Assembly: GCA_035315065.1 (NCBI GenBank)
Contig: DATFYM010000002.1
Coordinates: 5,949-69,948, forward strand
DNA from: Terriglobia bacterium
GTDB lineage: Bacteria; Acidobacteriota; Terriglobia; UBA7540
Direction: 5' to 3'
DNA length: 64,000 bases
Shown here: positions 38,000-46,354 of the stretch, in pieces
How positions within the stretch are numbered: the stretch's first letter is position 1
How the letters are laid out: every line of letters starts with the position of its first letter
The notes under the pieces: generated by a model
The model's input: only the letters and a program-made list of their open reading frames with translations
Database searches by the model: none
What the model was told of the DNA's origin: nothing
Made by a program: the position numbers and the translations under genes

Positions 38000-38125
38000 A
38001 AGAAGTCGAGAGTCGAAAGTTGAAAGTCGAAAGTAAAGAACCCCTCTTCTCTCGACTTCCCTTCACCACTTGAGGTTTCGGGGTTCGGTACTTTCGACTT
38101 TCAACTCTCCACTTTCGACTTCTTC
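38000..38125. repeat. Word-periodic palindrome, AGTCGAAAG class
   Basis: GAAGAAGTCGAGAGTCGAAAGTTGAAAGTCGAAAGT / ACTTTCGACTTTCAACTCTCCACTTTCGACTTCTTC. The right arm overlaps the last codons of the CDS at 38101. Confidence 0.9.
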
Positions 38126-38889
38126 TGACCCCAACGTGGCGGTCGCTTCTCAAGAAAGGCGTTGATCCCTTCGGCGGCATCCGCCGTCGACATCAGCCCG
38201 TCCAGGTACAACCTTTCGAGATGGGGGAGGTCTTCAACGAGTGCGCGCTGAATGGCGAGTCGAGCTGCACGACAGGCGTAACTGAGCGAGGAAGATGAGC
38301 GCGGAAGAAAGTCGGCATGCAGCCAGTGGTCGAGGGCGTCCTCCAGGCCTGCCTTCACCACTCGCGCCACCAGTCCTTGCCGGGCCGCGTCCAAGCCGCT
38401 GATCGATTCGCCGGTGAGAAGGAGGTGCGACGCAATGGCCTGAGTTGTCCGCACGGGTAGCAGGGCTGAAGCCGCCGGAGCGAAGACCCCAAGTTTGATC
38501 TCCGGGCACCCGAACTGCGCTGTTTCTTCGGCAACGACCAGATCACAGGCCAGCACCAGTTCGAATCCGCCGCCCAGGCATCGTCCTCGGACCGCCGCGA
38601 TCACCGGCGCCGGTGTCTCGGTAACGCGTCTCAGCAACCCGTGCAAGGCCGCCAGTGCGTCGGGAATGTGCTCGCAACGGTGCTCTTCGATGCTGGAGCC
38701 GAAACTGAAGTTCGGCCCTTCGGCGCCAAGGACCACAGCATTCAGTTCGCGCCCGGCGCAAAGTGCGAAGGCGGCGTCGAGTTCCGCCATCATTGGGCGA
38801 TCGAGGATGTTCGCCTTCGGTACCGCCAGGGCGACGCGCGCGACGCGGTCTCGATGGGAGAAGTCCAGCCGGACCTTTTGGAAGTTCAT
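38101..38889 (-). CDS. Enoyl-CoA hydratase/isomerase family protein
   Basis: AAVRGRCLGGGFELVLACD. The last 8 codons (KKSKVES*) run into a palindrome arm. ATG at 38889 preferred over TTG at 38901. Confidence 0.8.
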   Translation of the reverse strand: MNFQKVRLDFSHRDRVARVALAVPKANILDRPMMAELDAAFALCAGRELNAVVLGAEGPNFSFGSSIEEHRCEHIPDALAALHGLLRRVTETPAPVIAAVRGRCLGGGFELVLACDLVVAEETAQFGCPEIKLGVFAPAASALLPVRTTQAIASHLLLTGESISGLDAARQGLVARVVKAGLEDALDHWLHADFLPRSSSSLSYACRAARLAIQRALVEDLPHLERLYLDGLMSTADAAEGINAFLEKRPPRWGQKKSKVES

Positions 38890-39463
38890 GAAAACTCTCA
38901 AATCTCAGCTATTAGCTGGCAGCCTCGACTGAACTCTTCAACCATCGACATTTGACCTTAGCTCTTTTCCAGTCTCCTGATCGTATGGTCATCTCCGGCC
39001 TACTGATTCTAAGAGACTTCTCCGCCTTGCTGGGTTTGAGGCGCCTCCGACCTTTGCAGGCTAATTCTGCCAGTCGCAGGGGGGGCACCGACAGGCCTGA
39101 AAGTCCCTGCAACCAATGGAAACCAATGGCGATACCTGCTACGGGTTCGTTGGCGGTTTCTCCAATCTTCCATCCGCCGCCGCACTTCCTAGAGCAGAGC
39201 CCTGTACCCTATACGTTGTCCCCTGTATCGACCCTAGGACTGGATTGCCTGTTTCTAGCCTACTCTATCGGCGGGAAAAGTCAAGCAAAAAGTTGGGGCC
39301 GCCCTACCCCGATTGTCAGCAGTGACTATTACGCACATCAGCAAAGGCGATTACCTTCTGCCACGTGTTAACCAACCGGCCCCTCGCGGCGTAATAGTGG
39401 TGTAAAGCGGAATGCCTGCTGTTCAGGGCAACGCATCAACTCTCAAGCGAGAGGGGAAACACC

Positions 39464-40393
39464 ATGAAAAAGAGACCTTCGACGCTGTGGTTCACGACGG
39501 CGCTTCTGGCAGCGCTGATGTCGGCGTTGGCCGCAACGCTCGGCGCCCGCCAGTCTTCGCCGGCTCCGGCGGCCACGCCCGCGTCATCCAAGCAGTCCAG
39601 GGCCACCAGGAGTGCGCAGGCGCAGGAACCGGCCCGGCCGCCGCTCGCCAGTAACCCGCAAGATCCGGAAACAATGGAGATCACCAAGCGCGACCTCAAT
39701 AATCTCTTGCGCCGCTATCCTCAAGCCAACGCCACCCTTCGCCTCGACCAGTCGCTCGTCGCCGACCAGGAATACCTGGACCATTACCCTGACCTCCGAG
39801 ATTTCCTCAAGGCGCATCCCGAGGTGGTGGCTAACCCAAGTGCCTTTATCGAGAGCAGCTTTAGAGTCGATTCGCAACAAGGAGGTGACCCCGTGTTTCT
39901 CCGATTTATGAATGATCTTTGGCCGTTTTTGGTTTTTCTGGTAGTGACGGCCGCGCTGCTCTGGATCCTCAAGGTGATTCTGGAAAACCGCCGCTGGGGC
40001 AAAATGGCGAAAGTCCAATCGGAGGCCCACGCCAAGCTGCTGGAGAAATTCGCCACTAACCAGGAGTTGCTGGCCTATATGCAGACGGAAGCGGGCAAGC
40101 GGTTCCTGGAGTCGGCACCCATCCCTGTTGATCTGGAACAAAGGCCGCGCATGAGCGCGCCGTTTGGGCGTATCCTCTGGTCGGTGCAGTTAGGGTTTAT
40201 ACTGGCGCTGGCAGGATTGGGATTGATCTACGTGCGCGGTTACGCGCCCGATGTCGCCGAGGAGTTGCTGGTGTTCGGCACTCTGGCCCTGACGCTGGGA
40301 TTGGGTTTTGTTCTTTCGGCGCTCGTCTCCTTTGGGCTCTCCAAGCACCTGGGGCTGCTGACCAACGCGCCCGTGAAATCATTGAGTGATTGA
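39464..40393 (+). CDS. Hypothetical membrane protein with signal peptide
   Basis: MKKRPSTLWFTTALLAALMSALAATLGA leader and 3-4 later TM helices. Upstream of the ECF sigma gene. No family recognised. Confidence 0.55.
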   Translation: MKKRPSTLWFTTALLAALMSALAATLGARQSSPAPAATPASSKQSRATRSAQAQEPARPPLASNPQDPETMEITKRDLNNLLRRYPQANATLRLDQSLVADQEYLDHYPDLRDFLKAHPEVVANPSAFIESSFRVDSQQGGDPVFLRFMNDLWPFLVFLVVTAALLWILKVILENRRWGKMAKVQSEAHAKLLEKFATNQELLAYMQTEAGKRFLESAPIPVDLEQRPRMSAPFGRILWSVQLGFILALAGLGLIYVRGYAPDVAEELLVFGTLALTLGLGFVLSALVSFGLSKHLGLLTNAPVKSLSD

Positions 40394-40528
40394 GCCATTG
40401 GAGAATTGAGTTATTGGGTGATTGCAACATTGAAGTATATTGGGCCATGAGTTGTTGAGCCATTGAAAACAAGAAAGAACAACCTACTTCTTCAATGGCG
40501 CAATGACCGATGGCTCAATGACTCAATT
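40378..40528. repeat. Word-periodic palindrome, CATTGAG class
   Basis: TCATTGAGTGATTGAGCCATTGGAGAATTGAGTTATTGGGTGATTG ... CTTCAATGGCGCAATGACCGATGGCTCAATGACTCAATTC. Confidence 0.8.
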
Positions 40529-40539
40529 CAAGGAAAATC

Positions 40540-41244
40540 ATGCGGGAAATCGCCATCACCGAAATCGGGCAGGCGCAGGCGGGCGCGGCGGAGTCCGAAG
40601 AGACCTTTCACATGGACGAGGAGAGCTTCCGGGGGTTCTACGAGCGCACGGCCCGTTCCCTGTGGGCTTACCTTTCCCGCGCCTCCGGCGACCCGTCCCT
40701 GGCCGACGATCTGCTTCAGGACACCTACTATCGCTTCCTGCGCGCCGCCTTGCCGGAAACCACTGAGGCCCATCGCAAGAACTATCTTTTTCGCATCGCT
40801 ACCAATCTGCTTCGCGACCACTGGCGGCGGCACAAACCCACGGAGCCCCTCACGTCGCCGGAATCGGGGTCTGAACCCGGCTCGGAATCGGAGCAAGGAA
40901 GGGACTTCGAGGCGGCCGACCGCGCCGCCGATCAAATCCAGCAACAGTCGGACTTGGGTCGCGCGCTCAATTACCTCAAGCCGCGCGAGCGCGAGATGTT
41001 GTGGATGGCTTACGTCGAGGGCTTCAGCCACAAGGAGATCGCCGACACGGTGGGTTTGAAAGCGGGCAGTATCCGCCTGCTGCTGTTCCGCGCGCGGCAC
41101 AAGCTGGCGGGGTTGTTGAAGAGGAGTAAGGAAACGGAAGCCAGAAGCCAGAAGTCAGAAGTTAGAATGAAGAGCGGAATAGGGGATATTCTGGCTCCTG
41201 ACTTCTGTCTCCTGTCTCCTTTTGTCGGGAAGGTGGAGTCATGA
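40540..41244 (+). CDS. ECF-type RNA polymerase sigma-70 factor with repeat-derived C-terminal tail
   Basis: Region 2 YLFRIATNLLRDHWRR. Region 4 REMLWMAYVEGFSHKEIADTVGLKAGSIRLLLFRARHKL. Stop overlaps the next ATG (ATGA). Confidence 0.85.
   Translation: MREIAITEIGQAQAGAAESEETFHMDEESFRGFYERTARSLWAYLSRASGDPSLADDLLQDTYYRFLRAALPETTEAHRKNYLFRIATNLLRDHWRRHKPTEPLTSPESGSEPGSESEQGRDFEAADRAADQIQQQSDLGRALNYLKPREREMLWMAYVEGFSHKEIADTVGLKAGSIRLLLFRARHKLAGLLKRSKETEARSQKSEVRMKSGIGDILAPDFCLLSPFVGKVES
41135..41219. repeat. Word-periodic palindrome, AGTCAGAAG class, inside the 3' end of the sigma-factor ORF
   Basis: GGAAGCCAGAAGCCAGAAGTCAGAAGTTAGAAT / ATTCTGGCTCCTGACTTCTGTCTCCTGTCTCC. Confidence 0.85.
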
Positions 41245-41753
41245 ACGTACCCTACTGCGAGCGCGAAACCGAACTGGTGGAGGCGATGACGTCGGGACGC
41301 TGGCCTGACGCCTGCGGCGACGACTTGCGTCGCCACGTGGCGGCCTGCGCGGTGTGCGCGGACGCAGTCCTGGTGGCGCGAGCCCTCGAACTGGAGAGCG
41401 CGCAGGCCAAAGCTGAAATGGCGCTGCCAACGGCCGGCTTGGTCTGGTGGAAAGCTCAGATGCGCGCCCGGCGCGAGGCGGCCGATCAGGCTGCCCAACC
41501 CATTGCCATCGTCGAAGGCCTGGCTTGGGTCAGCGGGGTGCTGTGCCTTGTGGGCACGGCGATCTGGCAACGGAGGTGGATTGAGGAATGGCTGGGCTGG
41601 TTTGCCCAAATCACGCAGTTCAGCCATTTCGCGTGGAGCAGCCTTTGGTCCCAGGGGCTCCGAACGGGACCGTGGAGCCTCACCTTGATGATGGTTTTGG
41701 GCGCCGGCCTTCTGGTGAGTGCGCTGGTTTATGCGGTGCTCGCGGATCGATAG
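41241..41753 (+). CDS. Anti-sigma factor (zf-HC2-like), membrane-anchored
   Basis: H-x3-C-x2-C block HVAACAVCAD plus later TM helices. Translationally coupled to the sigma gene. Confidence 0.7.
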   Translation: MNVPYCERETELVEAMTSGRWPDACGDDLRRHVAACAVCADAVLVARALELESAQAKAEMALPTAGLVWWKAQMRARREAADQAAQPIAIVEGLAWVSGVLCLVGTAIWQRRWIEEWLGWFAQITQFSHFAWSSLWSQGLRTGPWSLTLMMVLGAGLLVSALVYAVLADR

Positions 41754-41833
41754 AGCAGTGGCGAGTGACTCTGATTTCTTGAACTCTCTCACCCCCTCTT
41801 TCATCAGCATCGTTACAGACCGCCGGTCGACCA

Positions 41834-44473
41834 CTACTCGGCGCGCAACGCCATCAGCGGGTCGGTATTAGCCGCCCGGCGCGCAGGGACGAAGCCCGCC
41901 ACCACACCCACCGCCACCAGCAGCGCGCCGGCGGCAACATAGGTGATGGGATCGGTGGTGGTAACGCCGTAGAGCAAGCTGGTCATCATGCGAACCAGCA
42001 GCAGCGAGGCGCCGGCCCCCAACGCCAGTCCGGTGAGCACGAGGCGAAGGCTCTGGCCCAGCACCAGTCCGATGATATTGAGCCGGGAAGCTCCCAGCGC
42101 CATTCGCACTCCCATTTCATACGTCCGCTGGGTAGTAGAGTAGGAAATCACTCCGTAGGTGCCAATGGCCGCGAGCAGCAGCGCACAGGCGGCAAAGCTG
42201 ATGAAGAGCCACATCAGGGACCGGGGCTGGGACGTGGAGTCCTTCATCACGTCCTCCAGGGTGCGCACCTCACCCACTGGGATATTGGGATTCAGATCGC
42301 GCACCAGGCCGCGAATTTGGTTGGCCACCTGGGCCACCTGGGCCGGGTCCGATCCCGTCCGCACCATTAAGTTCATGGTGGCCGGCAGTTGCTCCGTCAG
42401 GTCCACCGCCTGAGGATAGGGCAGGTACAAGGTCCCCTGTAGCCAGTCGGGAAGGTCGCTTGCCAGGCTGTAGAGTCTCACGTCGCCCACCACGCCCACC
42501 ACCGTTCGCCACTGCTGGTCCCAAACCGCCCGGATCTTTTTGCCGATGGGATTCTCGCCGGACCAGTAGCGGCGGGCCGTGGATGCACTCACTATCACCA
42601 CGGAAGCGGACTTCTCGCCGTCGACTTCAGTGAACGCCCGTCCGGCGAGGATGGGAATGTGCAAGATCCGGAAGGCGCCCGGGGTGACGGCTTCCGCCCA
42701 GAGGAGGGGCGCGATGTTTTGCGCCGCATCCCGGGAATGCCCTTCCACCTCCACCGGGAGGGACGGCGCTACGCCGCTCAAGGGGATGGCATTGGCGGCA
42801 GCCACGTCCGAGACTCCGTTGATTCCCCGCGCGCGCATCAGCAGTTGATTGTAGAGGGCGACGCAGGCGGCACGCTCCCGGCAGAGGGAGAGGTCCGGCG
42901 ACACCTGGACCGCGACGAGTTGGGTGGGGCTGAAGCCAGGGTCCACTTGTGTCATGCGCCAGAGGCTTCGGGTGAGGAGTCCGGCGGCAACCGCCAGCAC
43001 CACGGCCAAGGCCACCTCGGCGGTGATAATCGAGCCACGCAAGCGGGCTCCCGCCGTGCCGGTGGCGCGCTGTCCGCCCGACTTGATGGTCTCAAGGAGA
43101 TTCAGCCTTGAGGTGCTCCAAGCTGGAGCCAGGCCGGCGGCGACGCCGGTGAGAAGGGTCAACACGGCCATAAACGCCAGCACGCGCCAGTCGATGCCCA
43201 CCTGGGCCAGGCGGGGAGTGCCGGCGGGGAGGGAGGCTTTCAATACAGCCAACGCTCCCCACGCCAGCCACAGACCCAGGAGGCCGCCGATCAAAGCCAG
43301 CGCCACGCTTTAGGTGAGAGGTTGGCGCAGCAGCCGGCCACGCGCCGCACCCAGCGCCGACCGCAGACCAATCTCCTTGCGGCGGGCGGTGGCGCGGGAA
43401 AGCAAAAGACTGGCCACGTTGGCGCAGGCAATCAGCAGGATCATTCCCACCGCCGCCGCCAGCACCAGTAACTTGGTGCGGACATCGCTTACCAGATCCT
43501 CCTGCAACGGGCGCACGGTGGCATCCTAATTCCAGTAGCGGCCCATGGGAAACGAAAACAAGGTGATGATGTGCGAGACGAGCGGGTGCAACTCATTGCG
43601 GGCTTGTGCCAGGGTCGCGCCTGGACGCAACCTTGCCACTACCGGCATGAAGCCCTTGCCCCAATAGTCCTCCGCGTCGTTGGGGTCAAGGTGAAGGGGA
43701 ATCCAGAGTTGCACTTCGGAGGAAGGAAAGAGAAAGCCGGGCGGCATCACCCCCACGATCTGCCTGCCCACGCCCTCCACGCTGATAATGCGTCCCAGGA
43801 CGCCCGGGGCACCGGCGAACCGCTGCCGCCACAGAGCGTCGCTGATGATGGCCACGCGGTCCTCGCCCGGACGGTCCTGGCCGGCGGAGAACGTGTTCCC
43901 TATCTCCGCTTCCACTCCCAGCAAGGAGAAAAAGTTCGCCGAGACGGTGCTCCCACGCATTCGCTGCGCCTCGCCCGCAATTACCACATTGAGTTCGGCG
44001 GGCCCTCCGACGCCGGCGACCTCCATGGTCCGACTCTCCTGCTGCAACGCGACGCCTGCACTTTTGGGGTAATAACCCGTCACGTGCACCAATCGGTCCG
44101 GATGCGCGTAAGGGAGGGGCTGCAAGAGGACGCCGTTCACAATGCTGAACATCGCGGCGTTGCCACCGATTCCCAGAGCGAGAGAAAGCGCCGCCACGGC
44201 GGTGAATCCTGCATTCTTCCGCAAGGTGCGAAAACCGTAGCGCAAGTCCTGCCAGAATTGCTCCAGCCACATCCACCCCCACGCTTCGCGGACCTCTTCC
44301 TTCACCAGGGCCGTGCTGCCGAAAGCGCGCCGGGCGGCATGGCGGGCTTCGCCGGCAGGGACACCGGTCTGCTGCTGTTCCTCGGTTTCGAGATCAAGGT
44401 CGGTGCCGACCTCTCTCTCCAGGTCCTCTTCCCGGGCCTGCCGTCTCTCGCGCCATCGGCTCCAAATGCTCAT
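41834..44473 (-). pseudogene. ADOP/MacB-like permease interrupted by two in-frame stops (TAG 43526-43528, TAA 43310-43312)
   Basis: Three tracked ORFs (43526..44731, 43310..43516, 41834..43306) share one frame and together align collinearly with the intact 804-aa paralog. The TAA replaces the Glu of the conserved FLTES block (RQPLT*SVALA). Confidence 0.8.
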
Positions 44474-44497
44474 TTGTGCGTCCTCCGTCAAGAAATC

Positions 44498-44590
44498 GGG
44501 AGTAGGGAGCAGGGAGTAGGGAGTAGGGAAAGAAGGAATAAGGCAAAGGCCTGATCTTTCCCTACTCCCTACTCCCCACTCCCTACTCCC
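44498..44590. repeat. Word-periodic palindrome, GTAGGGA class, between padR and the ADOP gene
   Basis: GGGAGTAGGGAGCAGGGAGTAGGGAGTAGGGAAAG / CTTTCCCTACTCCCTACTCCCCACTCCCTACTCCC. Confidence 0.9.
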
Positions 44591-44592
44591 TA

Positions 44593-44949
44593 TTAAGCGG
44601 GCCGCATCACCCGCGCGATAGCGCCCACCAGTTGATTCCACTTCGACGCTTCCGCGGCCAACTGTTTCCTCCCCGCCGGGGTCAAGCGGTAGTACTTGAA
44701 TTGCCGGTTCCGATCCTTGGCCATCTCCCACTTCGCCGCCACCAAGCCCTTCCGCTCCAGGCGATGCAAGGCCGGATAAAGCGACCCGTGCTCGATGCGT
44801 AGTACTTCGTCTGTCGTGCTCTGGATGTGCCTGGCGATCTGGTGGCCATGGGCGGGGCCGAATACGAGCGTGCGCAGGATGAGCATATCCAGCGTGCCTT
44901 GCAACAACTCCGTACGGCCGGAAGTGTCTTTGCTCATGATGGTAGACAT
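44593..44949 (-). CDS. PadR family transcriptional regulator
   Basis: GTLDMLILRTLVFGPAHGHQIARHI and GSLYPALHRLERKGLV. Directly upstream of the ADOP gene. The ATG at 44937 is an alternative start. Confidence 0.9.
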   Translation of the reverse strand: MSTIMSKDTSGRTELLQGTLDMLILRTLVFGPAHGHQIARHIQSTTDEVLRIEHGSLYPALHRLERKGLVAAKWEMAKDRNRQFKYYRLTPAGRKQLAAEASKWNQLVGAIARVMRPA

Positions 44950-44957
44950 TCTACCAT
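44939..44957. promoter_or_regulatory. Perfect 8-3-8 palindrome ATGGTAGA-CAT-TCTACCAT at the padR start; candidate PadR operator
   Basis: Read directly. Centred on the first in-frame ATG of padR. An extra GGTAGAC half-site lies ~25 nt further upstream. Confidence 0.5.
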
Positions 44958-45343
44958 AAGAAGCTCAAGCAGGGTAGACGTCCTTCCCTCGAAATCGTTA
45001 GCACACGGCGTGGGGTCTACCTGCGATCTGCGAACGGCAGTCGAAAATCGGCAATGAGGAGTGGGTCCGGAAACTCTGCGGCTTGGGGCTTGGGGCGATT
45101 GAGCGAATGATTCCGGCAGACGTCGAGCTACAGTCGATGGGCTGCGTGGCGTTGTTCTGTGGCTCCGCTCTCGGGCCGCTCAGAACGAACGGCAAAGTTC
45201 GAACAGCACAAACTCTGCGCTGCCCTCCGCAACCATAATCTACCGATAATTTGAGGGAAGAGATCACGCTGCCGCTTTCGCCTGGCCTGCCGCAACCATG
45301 GTTCGAGATTGACACTGATGCATTAACGCACTAAAATGATTTT

Positions 45344-45613
45344 ATGCGTACTACAATCGAGCTTCGAGATGATCTGTACCGGGCGCTCAAGGCCCGTGCC
45401 GGGCTGAATGGCGTTACACTGGGGCACTTGGTTCAACGATTGATTGAGCAGGGCCTTCGCTCGTCGACGGACGCGACGACCGCAGCGAAGAGGCAAGGTC
45501 CCCCTCCGGTGATCGTTCCTCCCCGCGGACTGCTCATTCCCGCCATATCGCGGGCGGAACTGACCCGCATGGAAGAGGAAGAAGAGGAAGCAAAGCATGC
45601 GCGACTTGCTTGA
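45344..45613 (+). CDS. vapB: Type II antitoxin, VapB-like
   Basis: MRTTIELRDDLYRALKARAG N-terminus. 17-nt overlap with the PIN toxin ORF. Confidence 0.7.
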   Translation: MRTTIELRDDLYRALKARAGLNGVTLGHLVQRLIEQGLRSSTDATTAAKRQGPPPVIVPPRGLLIPAISRAELTRMEEEEEEAKHARLA

Positions 45614-46026
45614 TGCCAGTGTTTGGCTTCCTTTGAGTGCGCCCGATCATGCGCACTATCTCCGAGCGCGGCGGTACTGGGATGATGAAGCCGCGAGCGA
45701 GCTTGCGTTTTGCCGAATAACTGCGCTAGCTCTGCTGCGTCTGCTGACGAACCCCAGGATCCTTGGCGAGGCGGCCCTGAATGGCGGTGCGGCTTGGCGT
45801 GCGCTTGAGACCTGGCTCGCGCTGCCGAAAATCACTCTGCTCGGGGAGCCGGCCGGCTTGGACGAATTACTGAGGCAAATGGGCCGGGCAGCTTGACCTG
45901 CGCGCTGGAGAGTGGACCGACGCGTATCTTGCCGCCTTCGCGGCGGCGAGTAACTGCCGTCTGGTTGCCTTTGACGGAGACTTTCATCGTTACCCAGGGA
46001 TCGAGTTCCTGCACTTGCGGCCCTAA
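45597..46026 (+). pseudogene. vapC: PIN-domain toxin VapC, split by a 1-nt frameshift near 45870-45895
   Basis: Frame 0 gives MRDLLDASVWL..FCRITALALLRLLTNPRI and stops at 45896. Frame +1 continues ..WTDAYLAAFAAASNCRLVAFDGDFHRYPGI to 46026. Catalytic acidic residues are split between the frames. Confidence 0.7.
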
Positions 46027-46061
46027 CTTCACAATCATTCTTCTTTCTTATAATTAGAGGC

Positions 46062-46143
46062 GGGTCGAAAGCTAAAAGTCGAAAGCAGAAGCCGGGCGTT
46101 CTTGGCTTTCGACTTCTCGACTTTCGACCTTCAACTCTTTTTT
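46062..46143 (+). terminator. Word palindrome (GTCGAAAG words) followed by a T-run; likely terminator after vapBC
   Basis: Arms GGGTCGAAAGCTAAAAGTCGAAAGCAGAAGCC / GGCTTTCGACTTCTCGACTTTCGACC, then CTCTTTTTT. Confidence 0.6.
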
Positions 46144-46354
46144 CCCCGGACTTTCAACTCTTGTCGGAAGTGTCTCACTTCATGTAGCTTGTGACCAGAT
46201 TTCAGGGGCGCGAGTTTCGAGATTGTGATGCCTGACCGTACCATTGTGACGTAAGTCACTGCGCGGGCGCTGGCGCGCGGCTTACGCTCGCTCTGAAGTC
46301 GAAGGGGTTCCCACATTCCCGATAGTTGGGGCTACGGACGCATCGGATGGAGGC

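Noticed and set aside
39095-39125. GAAAGTCC string reminiscent of the RNase P RNA P4 region in the 38.9-39.46 kb gap
   Set aside because: None of the other universally conserved RNase P blocks or a plausible P1-P4 architecture could be found by eye. The gap is left as an unexplained region only.
43310-43528. In-frame TAG and TAA in the ADOP gene as programmed recoding (pyrrolysine or read-through), or the 68-aa ORF as a separate gene
   Set aside because: Two different stop codons are involved. No recoding signals or Pyl machinery are visible, and all other genes end normally. The 68-aa piece is simply the first FtsX-domain segment of the permease (TM helix and following conserved loop), so a pseudogene or sequence error is the economical reading.
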